Source: Candidatus Omnitrophota bacterium (GTDB lineage Bacteria; Omnitrophota; Gorgyraeia; B26-G9). From it: a stretch of DNA of 57,648 nt. Positions 10,080 through 20,035 of the stretch are shown here, piece after piece. The notes under the pieces are model-generated. The model saw only the letters and a list, made by a program, of their open reading frames with translations. It was not told the DNA's origin and did not search any database. The stretch spans positions 1 to 57,648 of the forward strand of contig JAHITY010000023.1 of the NCBI GenBank assembly GCA_018817165.1, given 5' to 3'. Position 1 is the first letter of the stretch, and the number at the start of each line of letters is the position of its first letter. The position numbers were made by a program, and so were the translations under genes.

Positions 10080-10107
10080 TTAGACAAAGCTATCGCGCAA
10101 AAGTTCC
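10080..10107 (-). promoter_or_regulatory. ECF/sigmaE-type promoter upstream of the DUF4139 gene
   Basis: Minus strand GGAACTT-16 nt-TCTAA matches the RpoE-type consensus. Confidence 0.6.
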
Positions 10108-10120
10108 CAAATATCTGAAA

Positions 10121-10861
10121 TCAGTCAAAAATCCGGGTAAGCGCGGCGATCTGATCAAATAAATCCTTTGATCTGGCAAAATCATTAATTTGCGAAGTAA
10201 AAGTAAAGATCAGCATATTTTTTTTGCGAGGAGTTGTCATTACCACTTGATAACAAGCCAAATTCAGACCATTTATATTTTTATAAACTACTTTATAGCG
10301 CATACCAATAAGCTTATCGGTTTTAAATTTTTGCTTAAACTCAAGCTTGCCGCCTTTTAAAACCTTTAATACTCCATCAATAATTGCCTGAAACATAATA
10401 TCCATATTCGGCACACCCCGAATATTATGCACTGAGATATTGAAATTTCGCGCACCCAAAATGCCTGGCTCAACCATTTGTTCCCTGACTTCTTTATACA
10501 AAGCCGGATCATTGGCCGCGGTAATAAACCAGGTCTTGGGATAACAAAAAGTAAAACCCTTATCCTTTACAATCTCTTGATTGAAATCTTCCGGTACCAC
10601 AACATCGCTTTGCGCTATATCAAGTTCTTTATTCCCAAGTTTTTCCATAACCTTAAGCTTAATATCAGTCAGAGGCTTTTTCAGGATAAGATAAACCACT
10701 AAAATGAACAGTAATATTAGAATAAAGTTCTTGATCAGCTCTTTTTCATGAGCGCTGATTGGCGGCAATTCAACAACCCGCAGCGCGCCAAACAGGCCAG
10801 CAGTGATCAAGATCATTAGAATCGGAAACGAAATTATTTTTTTCTGAGAAGGATTTGACAT
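10121..10861 (-). CDS. Membrane-anchored hypothetical protein with a PsbP/DcrB-like C-terminal domain
   Basis: Two TM helices, then GFTFCYPKTW...FDQIAALTRIF pattern. Confidence 0.65.
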   Translation of the reverse strand: MSNPSQKKIISFPILMILITAGLFGALRVVELPPISAHEKELIKNFILILLFILVVYLILKKPLTDIKLKVMEKLGNKELDIAQSDVVVPEDFNQEIVKDKGFTFCYPKTWFITAANDPALYKEVREQMVEPGILGARNFNISVHNIRGVPNMDIMFQAIIDGVLKVLKGGKLEFKQKFKTDKLIGMRYKVVYKNINGLNLACYQVVMTTPRKKNMLIFTFTSQINDFARSKDLFDQIAALTRIFD

Positions 10862-10868
10862 GTTTACT

Positions 10869-10897
10869 ATTATAAGTAGTTATATCGCGGAATGCAA
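10869..10897 (-). promoter_or_regulatory. Sigma70-type promoter, probably leaderless transcript
   Basis: TTGCAT-17 nt-TATAAT, then 7 nt to the ATG with no SD. Confidence 0.55.
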
Positions 10898-10945
10898 ACA
10901 AAAACACCCCTAAGCTAAGCGCTATGGTTATATCGCCAGCAGCGC

Positions 10946-11317
10946 TTATTTTGCTTTATCAATTTTAGGCCAGGCCTTTATGATCTGCAATACTTCTCTT
11001 ACATAGGCGCATTCACATTTGACCGGACAAGGCCGCAGTTCATCTTTAAGCAAACAATATTGGGGACACTCCGCGCTTCCCTTGCAACAGGTTTCAAAAA
11101 TCTGACCAGAATATAGATCAGTAAATTTTTCTGCTCGAATAGCCATAGTTGTTCCGCAATCAGAGTGCGTAAACAGGAATAAGCCCGATACTAAATCCTC
11201 AAAATCAACCTGATACCCATGAATTGCAAGCGTAGAATCAGCCAAAAAACTATTTCGACTAGTCCACTTAAACGCACAGCTGGGACATTGCTTAAAAACC
11301 TTATCATTTTCACCCAT
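10946..11317 (-). CDS. Cys-rich hypothetical protein (putative metal-binding)
   Basis: CPSC, HxxC and a C-terminal Cys cluster ending CECA; 123 aa. Confidence 0.75.
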   Translation of the reverse strand: MGENDKVFKQCPSCAFKWTSRNSFLADSTLAIHGYQVDFEDLVSGLFLFTHSDCGTTMAIRAEKFTDLYSGQIFETCCKGSAECPQYCLLKDELRPCPVKCECAYVREVLQIIKAWPKIDKAK

Positions 11318-11324
11318 ATTTAAT

Positions 11325-11930
11325 TTACCTATTTTCCATAATCAATGAATTAAAAAACAAAGGAATCAGCGCTTCTACTTGTTTTTCCTTTTCTGTCGGA
11401 TACTCGACAACTAATAAAAAGATTCTATCCACAGGCACGATTATTCTTTCTACCGCAGACATTGTATTATTTGTGATTTTTAATTCAGCACCAGGATAAC
11501 CGCTATATTCTAAATATTCTTGCTTAAGGATTTTATTTTTCTGATCAGATTTAAATCCAGCGACAAATTCCTGGATTGTCTTTTCTTGATTTAAAATATT
11601 CTTTCGCATTTCCGTTACTGAAAACTTGAACCCTTCGATACTTTTTGATCCTATAATATAGGCTTTTAGATAATCCTTGTTTTCATCCTGCCAACTGGAT
11701 GTGAAATCATTAAACGGTATAGGCAAAAATACTTTGAAGCTTCCTTGAGTGGATTTTGCTTCATACCAGCCATTTTCATTGGCAATACCCGCCTGAACCC
11801 TGTGCATGGTTAAGCCTTTTGGGTCAGCAGCAAAAGATTTTGCGGACAAACATAAACACAGGATCATCATAATCCCGGGGATTATAAAAAAAATAGCAGA
11901 ATATCTCCTGTTTATTAAAAAAATCTTCAT
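11325..11930 (-). CDS. Exported hypothetical protein (PsbP-like fold possible)
   Basis: Signal peptide; FKVFLP...FFNSLIM end pattern. Confidence 0.65.
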   Translation of the reverse strand: MKIFLINRRYSAIFFIIPGIMMILCLCLSAKSFAADPKGLTMHRVQAGIANENGWYEAKSTQGSFKVFLPIPFNDFTSSWQDENKDYLKAYIIGSKSIEGFKFSVTEMRKNILNQEKTIQEFVAGFKSDQKNKILKQEYLEYSGYPGAELKITNNTMSAVERIIVPVDRIFLLVVEYPTEKEKQVEALIPLFFNSLIMENR

Positions 11931-12052
11931 GCTTATAGAGTAATACTATTTTATCTGAAAAACAATAAAATAAAATATAATATGTTTATCTGAGTATTGG
12001 AAAGAATGGTTTGATTTGATTGTCTTGCTTAAAAAATTATTTGCCATTTTAA

Positions 12053-12829
12053 TCAAATAGACTGATCAGGCAAGATATTTAATTTATTAACCGCAAGCTT
12101 AACTAATTTATTTTTTAGATTCTTTTCAATTACATAAAAAGGCATTGATTCCGGATTCGCAATTTTCCAGCGTTGCGCGATCAGACTCCGGGCAATCGTA
12201 AAAACTGAAGGATCATCCGGATTAAGATACTTCTCGCTCAGTTCATAGTCACCAGGAATTTCTTTAAAGCCGAATTTTTCATATAAAGTACTTGAGGGAT
12301 GAATAATCAGAAAACGCTTAATTCCCAGATGCCGGGCACTTTCCAGGACAGCAGCAAAAAGCACAGCCCCTTGACCATTGCCTCGGTCTAAAACCCAAAA
12401 AGCCGGTCCGGACTCATATTTATTTTCGATTATTGCCTGATTTCCCTTAATCTCGTATTCGCAATATCCTAAATGTTCTTCTTGTCCATAATCATCCAAC
12501 CGCATCAAATCATGATAAACTTCTATAGACTCGCTAAAAACCACTATCCGTTTGCGAACAATAAGGGTTTCACCGTTAATTTTTATTCGATAGATAACTT
12601 TCCCAATCGTATCCTCTGGACTAAGAGAGTTCACAACAAACTGCTCAGCGCTTTGCAATAAATCCATTGAAGTTCCAACCAAATATGTTTGAAAAGCAGT
12701 CCTATCTAGATTTAAGCGCGGAGACAATGTATTGATATCAGTATTTAAATACCCGAAACTTAAAGCATTTGGGCTTAAAAAAGATATCAACACTATAAAT
12801 ACGATTAGTTTATGGCTAATTTTCAACAT
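12053..12829 (-). CDS. Exported protein with a GNAT-like domain
   Basis: RGNGQGAVL (motif A-like) and LYEKFGF. Start moved to ATG 12829, which follows TTGTAA-17-TATACT. Confidence 0.6.
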   Translation of the reverse strand: MLKISHKLIVFIVLISFLSPNALSFGYLNTDINTLSPRLNLDRTAFQTYLVGTSMDLLQSAEQFVVNSLSPEDTIGKVIYRIKINGETLIVRKRIVVFSESIEVYHDLMRLDDYGQEEHLGYCEYEIKGNQAIIENKYESGPAFWVLDRGNGQGAVLFAAVLESARHLGIKRFLIIHPSSTLYEKFGFKEIPGDYELSEKYLNPDDPSVFTIARSLIAQRWKIANPESMPFYVIEKNLKNKLVKLAVNKLNILPDQSI

Positions 12830-12947
12830 TGAAAAAGTATACCTGCAAATAAAGCTTTTTACAAGCATTTGACTATGATTTTAAGCTACTATCATTAAAG
12901 ATGTGATGTGTATAAATTTCTAACTGAAAAACAGTAAAATCATTTAA

Positions 12948-13583
12948 TCATTCAATTACTACTATCCCACTGAAAATCTTGTCCACAGCATCTAATCCCT
13001 GATAATTAAGTTTTTTGGCCTGATTGTAATAAAATGATTTTTTTTCTTCATTTCCTAAAAAATGATAAGCCACCGCTAAATTAGCGGGAATACTTGCTAA
13101 ATTCTTCCTAAATCGCCAGGCTCTTTCCCCATATTCCACGGCTTTTTGATAATCTTTCTCTATGATTTCAATCACCATTAAACTGGAAAAAGCTTCAGCG
13201 TTTCTGGGAACGATTTGCGCGGCTTTTAGATAAGCTGTCCTTGCCGCCTGATAATCTTTCTGTTTACGATAAATCACACCTAATCCCACATAGGCATTAT
13301 CCCAGCGTTCATTAAGCTCTATTGATTTCGCGAAACACATACCGGCATCTTCCAAATTATCTATTTTCAGATTGATCCATCCTAATAAGCACCAGCTTTT
13401 GTATGATTTGGGGTACTCCATGGAATAGGCTATAGACTCTTTTAATGCAGCCTCTAAGGAGCCCTGATTAAATTGATAATCGATTTTCCGCAATCTGGGA
13501 ATATCATCGATAAGCTGAGTTAATTCTCCGCAGCCAGCAATCATCAGACAGATTAAAATAAGTGTAATATATTTTTTCATCAT
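12948..13583 (-). CDS. TPR-repeat lipoprotein
   Basis: Lipobox IAGC, several TPRs, GGAGG RBS. Confidence 0.8.
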   Translation of the reverse strand: MMKKYITLILICLMIAGCGELTQLIDDIPRLRKIDYQFNQGSLEAALKESIAYSMEYPKSYKSWCLLGWINLKIDNLEDAGMCFAKSIELNERWDNAYVGLGVIYRKQKDYQAARTAYLKAAQIVPRNAEAFSSLMVIEIIEKDYQKAVEYGERAWRFRKNLASIPANLAVAYHFLGNEEKKSFYYNQAKKLNYQGLDAVDKIFSGIVVIE

Positions 13584-13603
13584 AGCCCTCCCTAAAATAA
13601 AAT

Positions 13604-14044
13604 TTAAACCTCAGTAAGCGCTGTTTTTTTAAAGCAGATCATTTGATAAATTGCTTTAGCCGCTTTTCCGTAAATTACGATCTTATCTTGGCCCAAACAA
13701 AACGTAAGCCTCTTTAGCCAACTATCTTTATACTCCAAATCAGACATAGAGTCCCAAGCTAAGAAAATTGGACTATGCAAAACAGCAAAGATAAAGGCTG
13801 TACTTATAATTAATCCTTTATCTATGATCTTAATATTAACGCAACTGCGATATGAACAGCGACGATTTAAATTAAGACTTTGCCAACTAAAACTATTAAT
13901 AATATCAACATTTCCCGCCGTAAGCGGAAATTGTTTAGCGATCCGATACCAGCCGCCGATCAGACTGATTAGGGCGGAGACTCCGATCCAAACAGTGATA
14001 AAGCCAAGTATTAAATATATAGGATTCAATTGATTTATGATCAT
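13604..14044 (-). CDS. Hypothetical membrane protein (cassette-like)
   Basis: N-terminal TM helix; GTTAAAC core lies 2 nt upstream of the ATG. Confidence 0.7.
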   Translation of the reverse strand: MIINQLNPIYLILGFITVWIGVSALISLIGGWYRIAKQFPLTAGNVDIINSFSWQSLNLNRRCSYRSCVNIKIIDKGLIISTAFIFAVLHSPIFLAWDSMSDLEYKDSWLKRLTFCLGQDKIVIYGKAAKAIYQMICFKKTALTEV

Positions 14045-14046
14045 TA

Positions 14047-14066
14047 GTTTAACATTTTAGCTCAAG
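14047..14066 (-). repeat. attC-like right arm (L'-spacer-R')
   Basis: Minus strand CTTGAG-CTAAAAT-GTTAAAC. Confidence 0.6.
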
Positions 14067-14117
14067 TAGAGTAATCAGGCAATGATGAAATTACCTTAAG
14101 CAATTTATTGAATTCAA

Positions 14118-15271
14118 TTATTTTAAATGTTTTTTAAAAAAATCTACTACTTTTTGCTTGGAATTAATATAGCCATACGGAACCTTTAATTTTTTGAAGC
14201 CTTCAGTAATCGGATAATTATGAATTGTCTGGGCAGAGTCAACTAGATCAGGAATAATCTCATCGTAAATCCCATACAGATCAGTTGTATCGATAAAACT
14301 GCTTTCAAAGTCTACAACTTTTACTTTTATCAAAGGGCTTAAGACTGTTATAAAAGACGCGATACTCGATCCCCCGGAATGCGCCATAAGCCCAATTTTA
14401 TCCTGGTCTAGATAATTAAGCGTCATTAAATACTTTTCCACGAGTAAAGTTTCGAAAACCCTAAGCCCGCTCAAGGTAAAACCATTTAATAATAATCTTT
14501 TACTGATTATATATTCTGTTTCCGTCAATCCCATAGCTCTAAAGGAAGGAATGATAAAGGAAAATCCCTGTTTAACTAAATCCTCGACAAAGAATTCTTC
14601 CTCAAATTTTTCAGCAGATTGTCCATGACCATGCAGCCCAATAATCACCGGGCTTTGGTCACGGCTTTGTTTGGATAATAACATCAGCACCTCAAAAGAG
14701 CCGACATGCTTGTTTTGAAATAAAAGTTTTTTTTCAATATAAAACTCTCTGTCAATGATAGCCGTACAAGTTACCCTGAGCTGCTCCTGATCTAAACTAT
14801 CTATTAAATAGCCGATATTTAATTTTTCCATGACTATATTTTTAAGATTATCTATTTGACTGATTATCGGCTCAGAGAATTCTTTTGATTTCGCTTGTTT
14901 TATAATTAGAGCTAAGACAGCTTCATTAATTTTTTTTGATGCTGAATATGATTTTCAGGAAACCAGTAATATTCTGCCAGATTTCTCAAAATTTTATTTT
15001 TAAGAATTTCCGGATTTATCGCGTACTTAGGATCAAAAACAGGATGATTTTTTTGTTTAACAATAGCTTCTTCGATTAGCTTATTTAATTCATTATCATC
15101 AATTTTATTGAAATTTGGCTGCTCGGAGAGAGGGAAATTTATTAAATTATCGCTATCAACCGCATATTTAAGAGAAAAATCATTCTTCTCCTTCACTATT
15201 ATTGCTGAAGCAGGGCAAAGCAAAAAATTACAAAAAAATATTGCTGCTAAAATGGTCAGAATCACTTTCAT
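14118..15271 (-). pseudogene. Secreted alpha/beta-hydrolase split by a 1-nt frameshift in an A8 run (ORFs 14912-15271 and 14118-14831)
   Basis: The upstream ORF has a signal peptide. The downstream hydrolase frame (GLHGHG, AHSGG) stays open back to the T8 tract at 14930-14937. One extra A gives a 384-aa protein. Confidence 0.7.
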
Positions 15272-15273
15272 TT

Positions 15274-15768
15274 TTAAGATAATTCCCGTTGCTGCTTTTG
15301 CGCTACTAAAAACGCATTCAATTGATTGGCGAATTCATGCGCGTCTTTTTTACTAAAAGCCGCCGGGCCTTTGGTCTCCATGCCGCTATCACGCAGCTCT
15401 TGCATCAGATTGCGCATTGATAAATAATGTTTTACATTATCCTCATCAAAAAACTTTCCCCGCTGATCAAGCGCATAGGCTTTTTTGCTGATCACGCCAT
15501 CAGCTAAAGGAATATCCGCGGTAATCACCAGATCTCCGGGCTTGACCATAACAATAATCCGCTGATCAGCTTCATCCGGACCAGCTTCGACAATAATATA
15601 AGTTATCAGCTCTGAGTTTCCAATACTGATCCGCTTGTTTGAGACCACAACTGTCGGCAGAGCAAAGCGTTCAATTGCCCGAAACAAAATCGCCTTTAAA
15701 CCATTAGGAAAAGCATCTCCATCAAGATATAAAGTCAGATTCATTAACATATTTTTAATCCAAATCAA
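15274..15768 (-). CDS. YaiI/YqxD family protein (DUF188)
   Basis: LYLDGDAFP, DEADQRI and GDLVITADIPLA motifs; true start probably 15750 or 15741. Confidence 0.9.
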   Translation of the reverse strand: MIWIKNMLMNLTLYLDGDAFPNGLKAILFRAIERFALPTVVVSNKRISIGNSELITYIIVEAGPDEADQRIIVMVKPGDLVITADIPLADGVISKKAYALDQRGKFFDEDNVKHYLSMRNLMQELRDSGMETKGPAAFSKKDAHEFANQLNAFLVAQKQQRELS

Positions 15769-15789
15769 AAGTTAATATATAAATATACT

Positions 15790-16287
15790 TTATTTTAAAA
15801 ATTTAAAAGTAGCCACACTAGCTTCTATGACTTCTTCCATATTTTCATCTGTGCTATCTTTATCATATGTAGCCATTATCGCGTAACTATCTTGCCCATT
15901 CATAACTATATAATAAGAAATCGCGTTTGTCCCTTGCAGCTCGCCAAACCAATAACCATCAACTCCATCAATAACCGTTTCAGACTCTTCTATTATTTTA
16001 AACCCTTGCTGTTGCATAAAACTACGCATAACTTTAATAAGTTCCTCAAATGTTTTTCCTGATGCGATTTTTTGATATTGCACCCCTAGCTTCACTCTGC
16101 CTTCAGGATCAGTGAATGTCACGGTTACTCCAAAAGCACTCTTAGTCTTTGTCCATCCCTCAGGAAATTTAATCGAAAAGCCTTTAGTTTTATCATAATA
16201 TCTTCCCGGCTCTTTTGGGCTGCCGCAGCCTACTACCATACAGATTAATAATGAAACACACAAAAACATCGCAATTCTTCTTCGCAT
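15790..16287 (-). CDS. PsbP/DcrB-like lipoprotein
   Basis: Lipobox VVGC; GFSIKFPEGW; ends VATFKF. Confidence 0.7.
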   Translation of the reverse strand: MRRRIAMFLCVSLLICMVVGCGSPKEPGRYYDKTKGFSIKFPEGWTKTKSAFGVTVTFTDPEGRVKLGVQYQKIASGKTFEELIKVMRSFMQQQGFKIIEESETVIDGVDGYWFGELQGTNAISYYIVMNGQDSYAIMATYDKDSTDENMEEVIEASVATFKFLK

Positions 16288-16310
16288 ACAAATATCCTTT
16301 CTATATAAAA

Positions 16311-17051
16311 TCAATTGATTGATCTCACATATTCCAAAATATTATTTTCCATATCATCCACCGCGCTTCTGGTCATTGAATGCCCGGTGTCATATTCTAA
16401 AAGATAAATTTCATCGGAAAACCGACCTATATCAGAAATCGTTCTTTTCGCTGAACTAATCGAAATAACGCTATCATTTTTCCCATGATAAACATGAATC
16501 GGCGGTAAGTCAGTATCAATACTCTCGGGGAAAAATTGGTGAGTAAGTTCGCCGGAGCAGACAAAAACAGCGCTAAACTTATCCTGATAATTTACCGCCA
16601 AATAATAAGCAATACTCGCTCCTTCAGAAAATCCAAAAACAAAAGGTTTGCCTACAGTAGGAAACTTTTTCAATAGTTCATCGGTTGATTGCGCTATGCT
16701 AAAGCCTACATCTCGGAGTACTTTATCATGAGCAAGGCTTGCTTCCGCATAGGTCTTGCCGGTTCCATAAGCCCAGCGGAATCCTAAGCCGCTGTTTAAT
16801 GGGCCGCGCAAAGAAATCCCCCTGATCGGGATATCAAACCTGTTTTCGCTAAGCCCTTTGATAATATCTTTCTCATTAGCGCCGCTACCATGTAAGAGAA
16901 TAATCATTGGTAGTTTTTTAGTACTTGTTGAACCAAAAACTTCCTGCTTATATTTAAGCTTATACGGCACATCTGATTTTATCTGTGGCGGAGTTAAAAA
17001 TATCTGCCAAAAAACACCGATACAAATAAGCATGATCAAAAAATTTCTCAT
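16311..17051 (-). CDS. Phospholipase/carboxylesterase family alpha/beta hydrolase
   Basis: LLHGSG, GFSEGA nucleophile elbow, HGKNDSVI, GH. Confidence 0.85.
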   Translation of the reverse strand: MRNFLIMLICIGVFWQIFLTPPQIKSDVPYKLKYKQEVFGSTSTKKLPMIILLHGSGANEKDIIKGLSENRFDIPIRGISLRGPLNSGLGFRWAYGTGKTYAEASLAHDKVLRDVGFSIAQSTDELLKKFPTVGKPFVFGFSEGASIAYYLAVNYQDKFSAVFVCSGELTHQFFPESIDTDLPPIHVYHGKNDSVISISSAKRTISDIGRFSDEIYLLEYDTGHSMTRSAVDDMENNILEYVRSIN

Positions 17052-17146
17052 CAGTTATTTTCCTCTTCATCAATTCATTATAAGCAAGATTATTGGCGCT
17101 CGCTTATCTACCGAAATCGCTGTCAGACTTATATCCGGATTCAGAA

Positions 17147-17806
17147 TTAATTATATTCTTTTTCTAAAACCTTATCATATCCCGGCTTGTTTATCGGCAA
17201 GCTCATAAAATCTTTATACTCTGATTGATTCTCAAGCTCTTCTAGATTCCATACTCCAAAATCAGGATAAGACGATGTATGACTACTTATCGCCAGTTTA
17301 TTATTAAACGGACTAAGCTTTCGGGCGAAAACTAAATCATTATGCAAAAAAGCCGAAATATCTATAATGTTTTTATAGACAACGTATATATATAAACAGG
17401 GCTTATTAGTAGGAACTTTTTGCGGATCAAACTTTCTTATTATTTTTTTTGCTAAAACCTGGTCGATTTCTTGGTAAAATTCCTCATAAGGTTTAATATC
17501 TATTTTTTTAGGTGCTTCAGGACGCCCTCTTGATTCAAGATCAACCATAATATTGTATTTTCCTTTATGCTGAGATGCCTGCAGCTTAGATTCAAAAATC
17601 ACAATTACAGGAATTTCATCGCTTTCTTTTTCAAAGGGAAAATAACCAGTTTTCTGTTTATACTCCTGGACAATAGAATAAAGATATTTTATGTCATTTA
17701 TCCTGAATTTATCAAAATCATCCTGCAATGGCTTTAAAGTTCCCCCTTCAAATTTGCCGCAAGAACAAAGAAACAAACAACACAATATTATCAAAACTTT
17801 TTTCAT
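17147..17806 (-). CDS. Hypothetical lipoprotein
   Basis: Lipobox LCSC; AAGGA RBS. Confidence 0.7.
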   Translation of the reverse strand: MKKVLIILCCLFLCSCGKFEGGTLKPLQDDFDKFRINDIKYLYSIVQEYKQKTGYFPFEKESDEIPVIVIFESKLQASQHKGKYNIMVDLESRGRPEAPKKIDIKPYEEFYQEIDQVLAKKIIRKFDPQKVPTNKPCLYIYVVYKNIIDISAFLHNDLVFARKLSPFNNKLAISSHTSSYPDFGVWNLEELENQSEYKDFMSLPINKPGYDKVLEKEYN

Positions 17807-17858
17807 TTAATATCCTTTTTTTAAATCATTTACCCTAAGCTATTGTGTTAGATTCTAT

Positions 17859-18110
17859 TTATTTTTTCTTATGATATTTAAACAGGATGATCAAGCCAGT
17901 TATATTCATAAAGATTAAAGCCGCGGCAAGGATCAATCCGATGTATGGGGCAGCAATCTCCCAATTATGCAGCCCCACCAATAAGTCTTTTGCTGCTTCT
18001 CCATATATTTCTGTGCCTCTGAATAATAAGGCTATTCCGGTTATAGCAGTCAGCAAAAAAAACAGTGAAAAAGACAAACCAATTGCCCTGTGGAATTTTC
18101 TTATATTCAT
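17859..18110 (-). CDS. PepSY-associated TM helix small membrane protein
   Basis: RKFHRAIGL...TAITG...LHNW...ITG; RBS before ATG 18110. Confidence 0.75.
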   Translation of the reverse strand: MNIRKFHRAIGLSFSLFFLLTAITGIALLFRGTEIYGEAAKDLLVGLHNWEIAAPYIGLILAAALIFMNITGLIILFKYHKKK

Positions 18111-18150
18111 CTCATCCCCCTGGTTATAAATTTTCAAATACAATTAAGCG

Positions 18151-19389
18151 TTAATTATCTGATTTTTCCTTTGCCGAATCGATCTCAGGCAAAGCTAACA
18201 AATCATATCCGCAGTTTAAATTGGTAATAAAATACAATACGAAATTCTGGAAAAATACAGCAAGCGGCAAACCAATGCAAGCAACAAATAGAACAAACAA
18301 AAAAATAAAACAAATAAGCAGAATAATTGCCAAAATATTAAACAACAGCTTTAACTTCAGTAAAAAAACAATTAAAAAATACAACAGTCCGCCAACTGCC
18401 AAGCCGGTTAATCCCGAAATCAAAAGCCCGGAAAAAAATATTATTAAGTAAATTATCCCCATGGCGATTCCCAGAAAGATCGATACCAGGACAAACAAGA
18501 ACATATCCTTTTTATGTTCGCTGAGTACGCGGCAAAGCTCTTTAAATCCCGGCCAGAAGGTTGTCCGCTTTACAGCCATAAACAAAACAATGAACTTAGA
18601 CAGGAAAAAATTCCATAGAGCAGAAAGCATAAAACAAACAAAAAGAGTAATTAAAGAAAATCGCAACACTTTAAATACTTGCTTAAAATCAAGATTATAA
18701 ATATCCGCGCAAACTCCACTGCTTCTTAATACACTCAACCCCCAGCAGACAATCAACCCGAAAAGCATAACCCCAAAAACCGTCATTAATATGGTTACTT
18801 TAAATATCGATAGCCCCTGAGACTTATAGCGACCAAAAGGCTCCTTAATCGCTATACTATCTTTGATGATCGCGTTAAACCAGATAAATAGAAACCTACT
18901 GTATAGCCAGGTAAAAAGCAGAACAACTCCCATTAAGACAAAAAAACCAATGCCGATTATCCAAAGAAATGGCCGAATTTGTTCAGATAAAACTTTTTGC
19001 TTAATTGCCAAGAAAAATTCCTTTGGCTTAAAATTCTTATCCGCCACAAATCTGATGAAAATATTTGTTTCTATTTCTGGCTCAGATTCAGACTGATCAC
19101 CGGGTTCAAACGGCTCAGCATTTTCCCCAGGCTCCGCTGATTCCGATAAACTCTGAGGCTGCTCAAATATATTGTTTACCCCTGGATTATAATTAAAGCT
19201 GGTTCCACCCAAAGCTCCGGACAGAGAGGCAATAAGCAACAGCCACAACCATTTCTTAAACGAGAAAGGCTTGAACAGCATCTGCTTTGTTCTGGCTATA
19301 CTTTTTTCAATCAAAACTCCCAACTTTAATTTTTCCATTTTAATCATTATTATCTGTTCAAAAATTAGCAGTTGCCCGCCGTTAACCAT
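18151..19389 (-). CDS. Polytopic hypothetical membrane protein
   Basis: Multiple TM helices; start uncertain (probably ~19344-19335). Confidence 0.7.
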   Translation of the reverse strand: MVNGGQLLIFEQIIMIKMEKLKLGVLIEKSIARTKQMLFKPFSFKKWLWLLLIASLSGALGGTSFNYNPGVNNIFEQPQSLSESAEPGENAEPFEPGDQSESEPEIETNIFIRFVADKNFKPKEFFLAIKQKVLSEQIRPFLWIIGIGFFVLMGVVLLFTWLYSRFLFIWFNAIIKDSIAIKEPFGRYKSQGLSIFKVTILMTVFGVMLFGLIVCWGLSVLRSSGVCADIYNLDFKQVFKVLRFSLITLFVCFMLSALWNFFLSKFIVLFMAVKRTTFWPGFKELCRVLSEHKKDMFLFVLVSIFLGIAMGIIYLIIFFSGLLISGLTGLAVGGLLYFLIVFLLKLKLLFNILAIILLICFIFLFVLFVACIGLPLAVFFQNFVLYFITNLNCGYDLLALPEIDSAKEKSDN

Positions 19390-19495
19390 TGGATATTCTG
19401 ATGTTTAGCACGCAGATAGGTTTAATAATTTATGTAAAAAGCCACAACAATATTTCGCGCGGCTTTTTCCATAAATTCATTCTCCCGATAATCCC

Positions 19496-19981
19496 TTATT
19501 GTTCGAGCGGCAGTCTCTCAGCCTTCCATGCCTCCAACCCGCCTTTTATAGTGTAAATATTAGTATATCCCATTTTCTTCAATCTTACCGCGGTAAACAA
19601 GCAGCGGGCACCAAAGCGGCAATACAATAACATCGGCGCATCTTTATCTGCTGGCATTTTTCCTTTATTAATATCGGGAAAGATGTCATTTCTATTAATC
19701 TTAAATTCTATCAAGCCTCTGGGAATTAAAATCGCTCCTTTCAGATGCTCTTTATCATATTCAAACTTCTCATTTACATCAATAATCATTAAATCCGATA
19801 TTGTCAGTATTTTTTTGTATGCATCCTGAGGCGATAACGTATTCGCTTCACCGAAATAAGCCGTACCCTCATTTACCAAATCCTGCAATGTCATACCTTC
19901 CCCTGATGTCTGAGCATAAGAAAAAGCACTTGCCATAATAACCAATACTGCCACTAAACCAACAATACCCCTCTTTTCCAC
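19496..19981 (-). CDS. Exported rhodanese-like domain protein
   Basis: IIDV..EY..HL.GA..IPRG, LYCRFGAR active-site loop, GGLEAW. Confidence 0.9.
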   Translation of the reverse strand: MEKRGIVGLVAVLVIMASAFSYAQTSGEGMTLQDLVNEGTAYFGEANTLSPQDAYKKILTISDLMIIDVNEKFEYDKEHLKGAILIPRGLIEFKINRNDIFPDINKGKMPADKDAPMLLYCRFGARCLFTAVRLKKMGYTNIYTIKGGLEAWKAERLPLEQ

Positions 19982-20035
19982 ATTCCCCTCCTTTTTTTTA
20001 GTTAAATCAAGTAGTTATCATTTAACATCCTCGAT

